A stretch of 33,221 bases of DNA, taken from positions 1 through 33,221 of the forward strand of contig JBGGMJ010000076.1 in assembly GCA_041288095.1 (NCBI GenBank), written 5' to 3'. The DNA comes from Myxococcota bacterium (GTDB taxonomy: Bacteria; Myxococcota; XYA12-FULL-58-9; JALHOP01). Below are positions 20,201-28,646 of the stretch, piece after piece. Made by a program: the position numbers and the translations under genes. Each line of letters opens with the position of its first letter. The stretch's first letter is position 1. A model generated the notes under the pieces. It was not told the origin of the DNA. It did not search any database and worked only from the letters and a program-made list of their open reading frames with translations.

Positions 20201-20557
20201 TGGGCGCGCCGCCTTTTCCGCCCGCTTCGCGATGTCCGAAGCCACGTCGCGATATTCTTCGGGAGACGCGACCCAGAGTGGCTGGCCACCGCGGACGGCT
20301 TGCAGGGCAGGGACATGGGAGGCGTCCGCCGGAACCCTCTTCCACTCCGCCATGAACGTCTCCGGAACTCCATCGGTCGCCGCGAGGACGAGCGCGCCGT
20401 CCGACTCCACGAGCCACAACACGCCCGAGACGCCGCCGAGCAACGCGCGGCCGAGGCGCACTACGGCCGAAGCAGCGGCCGCCGCATTGGACGCGCGCCC
20501 GAGCTCGAGCGTCAGGTCCTGAAGGAGCGATGCTCGTGGGGCCGTGTTCTCTGACAT
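17282..20557 (-). CDS. Cytoplasmic hybrid sensor histidine kinase (4xGAF-HisKA-HATPase-REC)
   Basis: Four GAF repeats; H-box SHELRTPLNAI; NLLANSVKFT, DDGVGI, FDRFRQ, GGLGLGLSI; receiver VLVVDDD...VSDIAMPDVDG...SKP. No TM segments seen. Confidence 0.95.
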   Translation of the reverse strand: MSENTAPRASLLQDLTLELGRASNAAAAASAVVRLGRALLGGVSGVLWLVESDGALVLAATDGVPETFMAEWKRVPADASHVPALQAVRGGQPLWVASPEEYRDVASDIAKRAEKAARPMAFAALPLTIERRTLGVIVFGFMAPHPFPDDEKKLAIAIAGHAAQALDRARLQAEAGRALGALRILAKVGEMLAASLDVDETLTALAKAVVPDVADWCAVDLLTAGNVRRLTAHHSDPQKVALAKSFAARFPARLDDPTSSIARIAATGEAIWVRRITREMIEASVKDPEQLAILHSLGLVSTVQAPLVSEGRIRGMVTFIMSESGREYDESDRDLLVEIGRRAGLAITNAELYARELSARDRITRIAAVTAALARAPATADVGEAACREGAAALGADTALLFARDGNVLRLLAHCNFRDPERYSQLSLDLELPVTAAAKRNEPIIIETRDGMAAFADMESRGALARSGAVMCKPLCDRAGSVVGVLAFGFATERHFAEDERALARTLADHCAQAFDRALILDMERRARERVSLLAAAGETFSASIDYDETLQAVVRIALPALADFAFFDIVEERGEVRRTSEAHEDPEVSAILAASRWVRSERTDINLCALSSGQPAIHPNIDERFLKDMAANEEHLAALHAMRLRSMITVPVTIRGRVVGALTLCHGRSGRHHTRDDLELAAELARRGAAAVEQARLYRASQDAARRAEEANRVKDDFLATVSHELRTPLNAIVGWAHLLDDAHLADATFARRGLDVIRRNAQAQREIIDDILDVSRIITGKMKIDARPMDLSEVARDAVEVVRSAADAKGVRLDTSGIGQPTPMVGDSGRLRQVIWNLLANSVKFTKRGGTVRIEAGVTGEVVALRVSDDGVGIAPELVPYVFDRFRQADGSSTRAHGGLGLGLSIVRHLVELHGGSVAARSEGEGRGATLEVTLPASAPRMTASSGEPAHASPAVAPGRTTIAGLRVLVVDDDEDSRELFALILRDAGAMVHVASNAREGNAIFEGNAIDVVVSDIAMPDVDGYAFLAMLRESARERGRALKAVALTAYGRAVDRAATQRAGFSAHLSKPVTPASLLDTVQLLARGQA

Positions 20558-20596
20558 AGCCCGCTACTTTCGCGCAGCCGGCGAGACGACGCCAGT

Positions 20597-23017
20597 CTAG
20601 CGCACGACGAACGACGCCTCCGCCGAAGCGGACGAGTCGTTGCCGACGTAGAGCTTGTACAGACCGCTCGGCTTCATGAGCTTGCCGTCGTTGTCGTGCA
20701 CGGCGAGGTCCGCTACCGGGATGGCGATGCGCACGATCTTGCTCTCGCCGGGCTCGAGCTCGACCTGGGCGAAGCCTTGCAGCTTGCGCATGGGTTGCGT
20801 GAGCGTCGAGTCTTCCCAGCGGCTGTAGATCTGCACCGTCTCCTTGCCCTTCAGCTTGCCGGTGTTCTTCACTGGGACGTCGACGAAGCAGACTTGCTCG
20901 CCGAAAGAGAAGAACTCTTTAGCGGACAGTCTTGGTTGGCCGATGTCGAAAGTGGTGTACGACAGACCGAACCCGAAGCGGAACTTCGGCGCGTTCGGGC
21001 CGTCGAGGTACGCCGAGCTGAAGCGGTTCACGACCTTGCCGTTCTCGTCGAAGGTGGCCGGGCGGCCGGTGCTCACCATCTGGTGATGCACCGGGATCTG
21101 GCCGGTCCGCGCCGGGAAGCTCACGGGAAGCTTGCCGCTCGGATTGCGGTCGCCGAACAACACGTTGGCCACGGCCGTGCCGTGCTCGCTGCCGAGCTGC
21201 CAGGTCTCGACGAGCGCCGGGACCTTGTCGAATTCGGGCGAGAACATCATCGGCCGGCCGTTCATCAACAGCGCCACGACCGGCTTGCCGGTGGCCAACA
21301 ACGCTTTGACGAGCTCACGCTGGTTGCCGGGCAGCTCGATGGTCTGGACGCTCGAGGCTTCGCCGCTGCGGTCGGCGTTTTCGCCGATGGCCACCACGAT
21401 GACGTCGCTGTTCTTGGCGGCTTGGACCGCGGCTTCGATGTCCGCTGGAGTGGACACACCGTCGCGGTTGTTGCCGGCCACGTAATTCACCGAACCGCCG
21501 GACTTGGCGGCGCGGGCCTCGAGCGCCTGGCGTACCGTGACCGTCTCGTCGTCTTTGCCCAGAGCTCGCCACGAGCCAATGTGGTCGTGCGGCGTCTCGG
21601 CAAACTTGCCGATGAGCGCGATGCGCGAAGCCGTGGGCTTGAGCGGTAAGACGCCACCCTCGTTGCGCAAGAGCACGATCGAGTCTTCCGCGACCTCGCG
21701 CGCCGCCTTGCGATCGAGAGGCGACTTCGGCACCGCGTCGCCGTAGGGGTCGTCGAACAGGCCCATCTCGGCCTTGAGGCGCAACACGCGACGGCAGGCC
21801 TCGTCGATGGTGGACTCGGGGACCTGGTTCTCGTGCACCGCCTTGGCGAGCTCTTCGGCGTAGAGGCCGCTCACCATCTCCATGTCGACACCGGCATTGG
21901 CCGAAGCGATGGCGGCGCCGGCGCGCGTGCGCGCAACGCCATGGTTCAAGAGCTCGAACGTCGACGCCCAATCGGTGACCACCATGGCCTTGGAGCCGAA
22001 GCGCTGCCGCAGCACTTCGCGCAGCAGGTACGGGTTCGCGGTCGAGGGCACGCCGTTCAGATCATTGAACGAGGTCATGAACGTGTCGGCGCCCGCTTTA
22101 GCGGCCGCGTGGAACGGCGGCAGATAGACGTCGTGCAGGCGGCGCAACGACATGTCCGTGGTGTTGTAGTCGCGACCACCCTCGGCGGCGCCGTACGCCG
22201 CGAAGTGCTTGGCGCAGCTCAGCACGTACTGGTTGAAGCCCCTCACCTGCGCTTCGGCCATGCGTGAGCCGAGGAATTGATCTTCACCGGCGCCCTCGGC
22301 GATGCGGCCCCAGCGCGGGTCGCGGGCGATGTCGACCATGGGCGCGAAGGTCCAGTGCTGGCCGTCTTCGGCGGCTTCGCGGCCGGCGATCTCCGAGGCG
22401 CGCTGCGCTGCCTGCGGGTTCCAACTCGCCGCCATGGCGAGTGGGATCGGGAACATGGTGCGCATGCCGTGGATCACGTCCCAAGCGAAGAGGAGCGGGA
22501 TGCCGAGCGGTGACTCTTCCACCGCGATGCGCTGGTAGCGGCGCGCCTCGTTCGGGTCGCCGGCGTAGAGGAAGGAGCTGACCTGGCCTTCGCGGACGCG
22601 CTGCTCGAACGCCTTCATCTGTTCGCCGCGCTCGGGGCCGGTGAACGCCTCGTAGGCGTACTGGATCATCTGACCGACCTTGGCGCGGATGCGCTCGCCG
22701 GCCGGCAGGGCGTCGATGCGCTTCATGACCTTGTCGACGCAGGCTTGGACCGCGGCGTCGCGCTCCTTGCTTGGCTCCGCGCGGCGCAGCCCGTCGCGGG
22801 GGGCGACTCGGCCATAAGGCGGAACGTAGGTCGGGGCAGGGGCCTCGCCGGCCTTGAAGAAGCTGTCGGAAGCCGAGCGGGGCAGCAGCGGCAGAGAGTT
22901 GTAGCGGAGCTCGCGCGCGCGCTGGGCCAGCTGGCCGCGGCTCGCGGGGGTGCCGGAAGAAGAAATGCCGGCCTGGCTAGCGGAGTGGCCGCTAGCCTTG
23001 GTGACAGACGAATTCAT
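20597..23017 (-). CDS. Glycoside hydrolase family 3 beta-glucosidase (BglX-like) with N-terminal extension
   Basis: DVIHG..TMFPIPL, WTFAPMVDIARDPRWGRIAEGAGED, CAKHFAAYG, nucleophile motif VVTDW, RSGEASS, NPSGKLPVSFP, FGFGLSYT, C-terminal Fn3-like domain. Confidence 0.93.
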   Translation of the reverse strand: MNSSVTKASGHSASQAGISSSGTPASRGQLAQRARELRYNSLPLLPRSASDSFFKAGEAPAPTYVPPYGRVAPRDGLRRAEPSKERDAAVQACVDKVMKRIDALPAGERIRAKVGQMIQYAYEAFTGPERGEQMKAFEQRVREGQVSSFLYAGDPNEARRYQRIAVEESPLGIPLLFAWDVIHGMRTMFPIPLAMAASWNPQAAQRASEIAGREAAEDGQHWTFAPMVDIARDPRWGRIAEGAGEDQFLGSRMAEAQVRGFNQYVLSCAKHFAAYGAAEGGRDYNTTDMSLRRLHDVYLPPFHAAAKAGADTFMTSFNDLNGVPSTANPYLLREVLRQRFGSKAMVVTDWASTFELLNHGVARTRAGAAIASANAGVDMEMVSGLYAEELAKAVHENQVPESTIDEACRRVLRLKAEMGLFDDPYGDAVPKSPLDRKAAREVAEDSIVLLRNEGGVLPLKPTASRIALIGKFAETPHDHIGSWRALGKDDETVTVRQALEARAAKSGGSVNYVAGNNRDGVSTPADIEAAVQAAKNSDVIVVAIGENADRSGEASSVQTIELPGNQRELVKALLATGKPVVALLMNGRPMMFSPEFDKVPALVETWQLGSEHGTAVANVLFGDRNPSGKLPVSFPARTGQIPVHHQMVSTGRPATFDENGKVVNRFSSAYLDGPNAPKFRFGFGLSYTTFDIGQPRLSAKEFFSFGEQVCFVDVPVKNTGKLKGKETVQIYSRWEDSTLTQPMRKLQGFAQVELEPGESKIVRIAIPVADLAVHDNDGKLMKPSGLYKLYVGNDSSASAEASFVVR

Positions 23018-23105
23018 GGGGATTGGCCCTCGAGGAAGGTCGGCCTACGTATCGGCAGACACGCTGTCAGGTTGCCTAGAGGAGTAGTGCCGCGCCAGGT
23101 CGCGC

Positions 23106-25784
23106 TCAGCGCAGGCCGGAGAGGATAATTCTCACATCGGCCGCGAACTTCCCGTTGGGCTCGACCGTCAGATAGCGCTCGTAGGCGTCCTTGGCCTTGG
23201 CGGTGTTGCCCATGGCCTGGTGAACGTTGCCGAGGGCCACGAGCGTCTGGCCGCTGCGGGGAGCGAGCTCGATCGCCCGCTGCAGGTGCTTCAAGGCCAG
23301 GTTGTTCTGCTCGGTGTCGAAGTAGGTCGTGCCGATGCCCAGATGAGCGCGCTCGTTGGTCTCGTCGAGCTCGATGGCCTCTTTGAAGGCCGCGATGGCG
23401 CCCTTCAGGTTGCCGCGCTTGTAGAGAGCGTTACCCTTGGCGACCAAGCGAGTCGCGGCGACGTCTGGTGCCTCGGGCGGGCGGTTCTCCTCGACCTTCG
23501 GTAGAGCGCCGGTCACGACCGGCTGCGGTTGGGTGACGACCGGCGCGGTGGGTTGTGCCACCGGGGTCGGCCCCGGGGGAGGAGTAGGCGCGGGCGTCGG
23601 GCTGGGTGGTGGGACGGGCGCCGTCTCCACTGCCTTGGTCGGCGGCTCGGGCGAAGGGGCGGGGGGCGGTTGCGGCGCCGGCGGCTGTGGGGTCTCGGGC
23701 GGTCGCGCGGTGACCGGCGTCTTGTCGACCGTCTTGGTCGTCTTGTTGCCGGAGTGCACCATGAAGATGCCGATGATGATCGCCGCGGCCATGACCGCGA
23801 TAACGAACGGAGCTTTGCGACGCGGCGGCTTTTCCTCCCGCCCGGCCTCATCGAGATAGTCTTGATTGAGGGGCACGACCGGCCGCTCGCCGAAAGCTTC
23901 TTCGGGGGTGCGCGGAACGCTCTCGTCGCCGAAGGCACCGCGAATCGGTCGTCCGACCTGGGACTCGGTATCGGGCTTGGTGAAGTGAGCCTCGCCGATG
24001 AGTGGCGCGCGCGTTACCACCGCGCCGTTGCTCTTCTCCGCGGGCGCCTGGGTACCGGCGATGAACATGCCGTTCGCCGCGGGAGTCCGCTTGATGTGGA
24101 CGCCGTCGAGATGCGGCGACCCCGGCGTCACACCCGGGATCTCCACGGTGTCGGTGTCCTCGTCCTCGTCCCCCTCCCCGGTGGGCGCGAAGGTCTTGGC
24201 GATGATCGGTAGCTCGGAGACATCACCAGTCGTCATGTTGCCGCTGCTGATCGCGGCGCGCTTGTCTGCCGCTAAAGCGGACGTCGGGAGCGACGCGGGT
24301 GGGGCGGGAGCAGGTACCGCGATGGGGGCGGAGACGCTGGCCATGAGCGCGGCGGGTGGGGGAGCGCTGAAGCTCACGGGTGGCGCCGGCGCCGGGACCG
24401 TCGGCGTCTGGCTCGCCAGCGATGGGACCGGCAACGGCAACGGCGAAACGGGCGCCGCGGCGCTGGGCTCGGAAACCGCCGGCGCGCTCTCCGAGACGCC
24501 GGCGCCGGGACCGGCGAGGAAGCCTTGGTAAGCGTAGGGCCAGGGCGGCGCGGCATCGCTGCCGAAGGCGATGCTGCGCTTCTCGTCCGACGCCGGCGGG
24601 GCGAAGGAGGTCGTTGGTGGTGTCGGCCCAGTGACCACGGGCTCGGGGTCGTAAGCCTCCGGCAAGATCATGCCGGCTTTACCCTCGAAGGTGAGCTCGG
24701 GCACCACCTCGCCGGCCGCGTGGGTATCGGACGGTTGCTCGTTTTCGGCGTGCTCCTCGCCCGCCATCGCGGACTCGTGCGCTTCGCCCTCGGCGCCGCC
24801 AAAGTCTTCTTCGGGCGGCAGCTCGGTGGGCCGCGAGGACACATCGAAGATGAGGCCCTCGAAGTAGAGCTTCGAGACGACGTTCATGGCCTCGAGATCA
24901 CCGAAGCTCGAATCCTCGACGACCTGCAGCAACGTGCGCCGGCCATCGAAGAGGCGCAGGATGCCATTCACTTCGTCGGGGATCTCGGCGAGTCGCTCGA
25001 CCAGCTCGTGATGGTCGACCGCGAAGCGTGTCTCGAGCGGCGGCAGTTGCTCGAGCAAGCGGCCCCACTCGTCGAGGCGGCGCATGCCTTCCATCAGCAG
25101 GCCCTGGCTCGACAGCTCGATGACGTCGCTGCGGTCGCCTAGGGAGGCTCCGAACTCGATGTCGAAGGTGCCTTCGTTCCAGACCATCAAGCGATAGACC
25201 GCGTGCTCACCACGGAGCTTCGCGAGCTCGGCGTCGATGACCTTGCCGTTCTTGAAGTAGAGGTCCGCGCTCTTGCCATCACCGCGGCGCACCTTGATGC
25301 GTCCCGTCTTGCGGCCGATCTCGATGGTCTGGATGAGATCGACGATGCCCATGTCCGACAGATCGCCTGCGAACTTCGAGCGCGGGTCGCGCCGCTCGAG
25401 GAGCTCTTTGTCGCGTTTCTCGAGGAGGATCTTGATGCGGGTGACGATCTCTTTGATGTAGATCGGCTTCGTCAGGTAGTCGTCGACGCCGAGCTCGAGC
25501 CCTTTGACCTTGTGGTCGACCGCCTTCTCCGCCGTCAGGAAGATGAACGGGATGGTCGCGGTCTTGGACTCTTGCTTGAGCTGACGGCAGAACTCGAAGC
25601 CGTCCATCTCCGGCATCTTGGTGTCCGAGAGGATGAGCTCGGGCGGGGAGATGCGCACCTTCTCGAGCCCGTCGACACCGTTCACCGCGGTCGTGACCGA
25701 AAACCCCGCTTTGCGCAGGGACACCTCCATCACGCGCAGGCTCTTCGCGTCGTTGTCGACCAGAAGGAGGTTTTTCTTGGCCAT
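23106..25784 (-). CDS. Response regulator with DUF4388 (PatA-N-like) domain, Pro/Ala-rich linkers, one TM helix and C-terminal TPRs
   Basis: [31 protein letters not shown]4388 [67 protein letters not shown]; about three TPRs at the end. Confidence 0.85.
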   Translation of the reverse strand: MAKKNLLLVDNDAKSLRVMEVSLRKAGFSVTTAVNGVDGLEKVRISPPELILSDTKMPEMDGFEFCRQLKQESKTATIPFIFLTAEKAVDHKVKGLELGVDDYLTKPIYIKEIVTRIKILLEKRDKELLERRDPRSKFAGDLSDMGIVDLIQTIEIGRKTGRIKVRRGDGKSADLYFKNGKVIDAELAKLRGEHAVYRLMVWNEGTFDIEFGASLGDRSDVIELSSQGLLMEGMRRLDEWGRLLEQLPPLETRFAVDHHELVERLAEIPDEVNGILRLFDGRRTLLQVVEDSSFGDLEAMNVVSKLYFEGLIFDVSSRPTELPPEEDFGGAEGEAHESAMAGEEHAENEQPSDTHAAGEVVPELTFEGKAGMILPEAYDPEPVVTGPTPPTTSFAPPASDEKRSIAFGSDAAPPWPYAYQGFLAGPGAGVSESAPAVSEPSAAAPVSPLPLPVPSLASQTPTVPAPAPPVSFSAPPPAALMASVSAPIAVPAPAPPASLPTSALAADKRAAISSGNMTTGDVSELPIIAKTFAPTGEGDEDEDTDTVEIPGVTPGSPHLDGVHIKRTPAANGMFIAGTQAPAEKSNGAVVTRAPLIGEAHFTKPDTESQVGRPIRGAFGDESVPRTPEEAFGERPVVPLNQDYLDEAGREEKPPRRKAPFVIAVMAAAIIIGIFMVHSGNKTTKTVDKTPVTARPPETPQPPAPQPPPAPSPEPPTKAVETAPVPPPSPTPAPTPPPGPTPVAQPTAPVVTQPQPVVTGALPKVEENRPPEAPDVAATRLVAKGNALYKRGNLKGAIAAFKEAIELDETNERAHLGIGTTYFDTEQNNLALKHLQRAIELAPRSGQTLVALGNVHQAMGNTAKAKDAYERYLTVEPNGKFAADVRIILSGLR

Positions 25785-25810
25785 TGCGCGAACGGTTTGG
25801 TGCGAAGTCG

Positions 25811-25839
25811 AGTGTTCCCGACACCCTATGGGGTGTCAA
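25811..25839 (-). promoter_or_regulatory. Possible sigma70 promoter of the response regulator gene with overlapping inverted repeat
   Basis: Minus strand TTGACA (25839-25834), 17 nt, AACACT; inverted repeat GACACCC-tatg-GGGTGTC at 25820-25837. Confidence 0.45.
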
Positions 25840-25881
25840 GGAAGGGTTCGAAACCACACGCGAAAGCCGTTGGCGCAGGCC

Positions 25882-26787
25882 CTATTTTTTCTTGCCCTTC
25901 GTGGCCTTCTCTTTGTCGAGGCGTTTCTGCGCTTCCGACATCTTGGCCTGGGCATTGGGGACGAGAGGCGACTTCTTGTAGCTCTTCACGACTTCGCCGA
26001 AGAAGGTCACGGCGTCTTCGAGGTTGCCCAGCTCCATCGAGACCAGGCCGATCTTGTAATAGGCGTCGTCGGCGTATTCGCCCTTGGCGAACTTCTCGAC
26101 GACCTTGATGTACTCGGGCAGCGCGTCGCGGAAGCGCTTCTCGTCGTAGAAGGTGTCGCCGATCTTCATGCGGGCCTGGTCGCCGACGCCGGCCTCGCTG
26201 CCCCACTGCTTGACCACCTCACGGTAGACGCCGCGGGCCTCCGAATACTGCTTCTGGTTGGCGAGATTCTGGGCGTACGCCAGCATGCCCTTCTTGTCCT
26301 TGGGGGCGGTCGCGGGCGGCTTGACGTTGTCCTCGGGCTGATTGGCCGTCGACACCGGCGTGGCGGACGACACGGGAGCGGCCTGCAGCTGCGCCTGCAT
26401 CTGACCGACACGATAGTCCGTGAGCTCGATCTGACCGCGGATCTCTTGCAGCTCGGCACGGAGCTGATCGAGCTGCACGCCAAAGTCGGCATCGGTGTTG
26501 CGCGCGGCGCGGTTCAGGCCCTCGAGCGTCTCCGAGAGCTCCTTCACCTGGGTGCCCGCTTTGGCGAGCTGCTCGGCAAGCTGCGCCCCTTGCTGGTCGA
26601 GCCCGGCGCGCGCCTCCTGCATCTGGGACTGCAGATTAGCAATGTCTTGCTTCATCTGCTTGCCCTCGGAAGACGTAACACATCCTCCGAGAACCACTAC
26701 CCATAGCGTCCGCCCAAGCGGACGCGTCAGCCCCCCCAGCAAGCGGAGAGCGGGGCCTGTGCCCCCGAACGACGACAAACGGTTCAT
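25882..26787 (-). CDS. cpoB: Tol-Pal associated CpoB/YbgF (coiled-coil + TPR), probably lipoprotein
   Basis: Lipobox-like VLGG-C; long coiled coil with ELQEIRGQIE; TPRs (DAYYKIG..VVKSYKKS); directly downstream of the pal-like gene. Start uncertain, ATG 26787 chosen. Confidence 0.8.
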   Translation of the reverse strand: MNRLSSFGGTGPALRLLGGLTRPLGRTLWVVVLGGCVTSSEGKQMKQDIANLQSQMQEARAGLDQQGAQLAEQLAKAGTQVKELSETLEGLNRAARNTDADFGVQLDQLRAELQEIRGQIELTDYRVGQMQAQLQAAPVSSATPVSTANQPEDNVKPPATAPKDKKGMLAYAQNLANQKQYSEARGVYREVVKQWGSEAGVGDQARMKIGDTFYDEKRFRDALPEYIKVVEKFAKGEYADDAYYKIGLVSMELGNLEDAVTFFGEVVKSYKKSPLVPNAQAKMSEAQKRLDKEKATKGKKK

Positions 26788-26884
26788 CCGTGTACGGCTA
26801 TCCATGAAGCAAGGCATCCGTAAACCCCCCGCTGGAGCCGCCACGTAGCCGCAATGCCAGCAGCCGGAGTGTTGCCAAGCAGGC

Positions 26885-26940
26885 GTCAGGTTCCGCATTG
26901 CCTCTGCGGAACCTGACCTCTAGCCTCGCGTCAGCGAGGC
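26885..26940. repeat. Two adjacent perfect inverted repeats (13-bp and 7-bp stems)
   Basis: GTCAGGTTCCGCA(26885-26897)/TGCGGAACCTGAC(26905-26917); GCCTCGC(26923-26929)/GCGAGGC(26934-26940). Confidence 0.8.
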
Positions 26941-26941
26941 G

Positions 26942-26986
26942 AAAAAAACAACGGTCGCGACAACAAGCAAAGCTCGGCAACCGCCG
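26942..26986 (-). terminator. Probable intrinsic terminator after the pal-like gene
   Basis: On the minus strand CGGCGGUUGC pairs with GCGACCGUUG (with G-U pairs), inner stem CGAGC/GCUUG, followed by U7, immediately after the stop codon. Confidence 0.5.
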
Positions 26987-27820
26987 CTACATCTGCCCGC
27001 GCTGCTGCACAAAGTTCACGCGGCGGTTGCGCGAGTAGCACTCTTCGCTCGAGTCGTTGCACAGCGGCTGATTCTCGCCCATAGACCGCGTCTTCATGCG
27101 GTTCTGGTCGATCCCCAGGTTGCGCATGTAGCTGCGGACCGCGGTGGCGCGGCGCTCGCCCAGGGCGAGGTTGTACTCTTGCGTGCCGCGCTCGTCGCCG
27201 TGGCCTTCGAGGACCAGGGTGATCTTGCCGCCGGCTTGCTTCAAGCACTCGGCCGCTTGCCCCAGCGAGGTGCGCGCGTCGGGCGTGAGGCTGAACTCGT
27301 TGAAGTCGAAGAAGACCGTCGGCATCGCCACGATCTCGCCCGAGCCCGGGTTCACCGGACGGCACGAGGCCGAGATGTTGGTGCCGTCGCCGCTCGAGCA
27401 GGCGCCGTTGGTGCAGGTGCGACCCGGACCGCAGTCGATGTCCTGAGCGCACTCAGGCACGCAGCGTTGGGCTTCGCACTTCATGCCGCCGGGGCAGTTC
27501 TCGTTGGCGGTGCATTCCGGCACGCACTTCTTGCTGCGGCAGACGAGGCCAGCGCCAACCTTGGCGCAGTCGCCGTCGGCGCGGCACTCGGGCTTCACTT
27601 CGCAGCGGCCCTGGGCGCACTCGTGGCCTTCGCCGTGCTTGGTCACGCAAGCGGCGTCATCACGACACTCCTGGCACTGACCGTTGACGCACACTTCGCC
27701 CTTCTCGGCGCAGTGATCATCGGATTCGCACTTGGGATATTTCGGCTTGCAGCCGGTAGCGGTGAACAGAACCGCGCAGAGGCCAACGAGCATGAAGCTC
27801 TGGAAGAAATTGCGACGCAT
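26987..27820 (-). CDS. pal: Pal/OmpA-family lipoprotein with N-terminal Cys-rich repeats
   Basis: Lipobox TATG-C; five CxxDxxC..C...C-type units; OmpA_C domain VFFDFNEFSL..EGHGDERGTQEYNLALGERRA..RNRRV; upstream of cpoB. Confidence 0.8.
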   Translation of the reverse strand: MRRNFFQSFMLVGLCAVLFTATGCKPKYPKCESDDHCAEKGEVCVNGQCQECRDDAACVTKHGEGHECAQGRCEVKPECRADGDCAKVGAGLVCRSKKCVPECTANENCPGGMKCEAQRCVPECAQDIDCGPGRTCTNGACSSGDGTNISASCRPVNPGSGEIVAMPTVFFDFNEFSLTPDARTSLGQAAECLKQAGGKITLVLEGHGDERGTQEYNLALGERRATAVRSYMRNLGIDQNRMKTRSMGENQPLCNDSSEECYSRNRRVNFVQQRGQM

Positions 27821-27892
27821 GATGGGGCTTCCCCTCTCGCCTAAGTCATTGAAAAGACCAGAGAATTTGGCCTTCTTGCTGGATTGCGGCGG

Positions 27893-27921
27893 ATATTATG
27901 AGCGTGACCCCCCAAAGTCAA
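27893..27921 (-). promoter_or_regulatory. sigma70-type promoter of the pal-like gene
   Basis: Minus strand TTGACT (27921-27916), 17 nt, TAATAT (27898-27893). Confidence 0.65.
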
Positions 27922-27985
27922 CGCGAGATTTGCCGTTTTTGACGCCTCTAGCGTGTCTGGCGGGCAACGTAGTAACTGCCGATCC

Positions 27986-28576
27986 GTGCAAGCCGTTCCC
28001 ACAGGCACCGGTTGGATCGAGGTGATCGCGGGCCCGATGTTCTCGGGGAAAACCGAGGAGCTCATCCGCCGGCTGCGACGCTCCATGTACGCCAAGCAGC
28101 GCGTCGCGATCTTCAAACCGACCATCGACACCCGCTACGACGCTATCGAGATCGTCAGTCACTCCAAGCAAAGCATCAAGGCCACGCCGGTCGACGACGT
28201 CAAAGCCATCCTCGACCCCGAGCACAAGGACTGTGAGGTCGTCGGTATCGACGAGGCGCAGTTCTTCTCGCGCGACCTAGTGTCCGTCTGCCAGGAGCTT
28301 GCCGATCGCGGCGTGCGCGTCATCGTCGCCGGCCTCGACATGGACTACCGGGGCTTTCCGTTCGAGCCGATGCCCCAGCTCATGGCGGTTGCCGAGTTCG
28401 TGACCAAGGCGCTGTCGATCTGCGTGGTCTGCGGCAACCCCGCGGGGCGCTCGCAGCGCATCGTTCGCGAGTCCGAGCGCGTGATGCTGGGCGCCACTGA
28501 GTCATACGAGCCCCGGTGCCGCCTGCACCACACGGTGAGCGACGTCGTGCTCCCGGAACAGAGTCGTCTGTTTTAG
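27986..28576 (+). CDS. tdk: Thymidine kinase
   Basis: [44 protein letters not shown], Zn-site [16 protein letters not shown] start at 27986 is likely but uncertain. Confidence 0.96.
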   Translation: MQAVPTGTGWIEVIAGPMFSGKTEELIRRLRRSMYAKQRVAIFKPTIDTRYDAIEIVSHSKQSIKATPVDDVKAILDPEHKDCEVVGIDEAQFFSRDLVSVCQELADRGVRVIVAGLDMDYRGFPFEPMPQLMAVAEFVTKALSICVVCGNPAGRSQRIVRESERVMLGATESYEPRCRLHHTVSDVVLPEQSRLF

Positions 28577-28606
28577 CGGACGGGTGGCGCTTGCGCACAC
28601 GGCGCG

Positions 28607-28646
28607 CCACGTGCGCCCACACGACGCGGTCCACGTGCGCCCACAC
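28607..28646. repeat. 16-nt direct repeat, 24-nt period
   Basis: CCACGTGCGCCCACAC at 28607-28622 and 28631-28646, preceded by a partial TGCGCACAC copy. Confidence 0.8.

Noticed and set aside
23460-24640. Pro/Ala-rich low-complexity DNA as a repeat element
   Set aside because: Explained by linker coding within the response regulator gene.
26923-26948. GCCTCGC hairpin plus A-tract as a terminator
   Set aside because: The U-tract lies on the wrong side for either strand; it belongs to the neighbouring hairpin at 26949-26986.
27954-27975. TGTCTG-N10-TAGTAA upstream of tdk as a PafBC-type promoter
   Set aside because: Two mismatches to TGTCGG-N10-TA-N3-T, including the last T of the -10; too weak alone.
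28607-28646. Direct repeat as a mini CRISPR array
   Set aside because: Repeat 16 nt, spacer 8 nt, two copies only and no cas genes.
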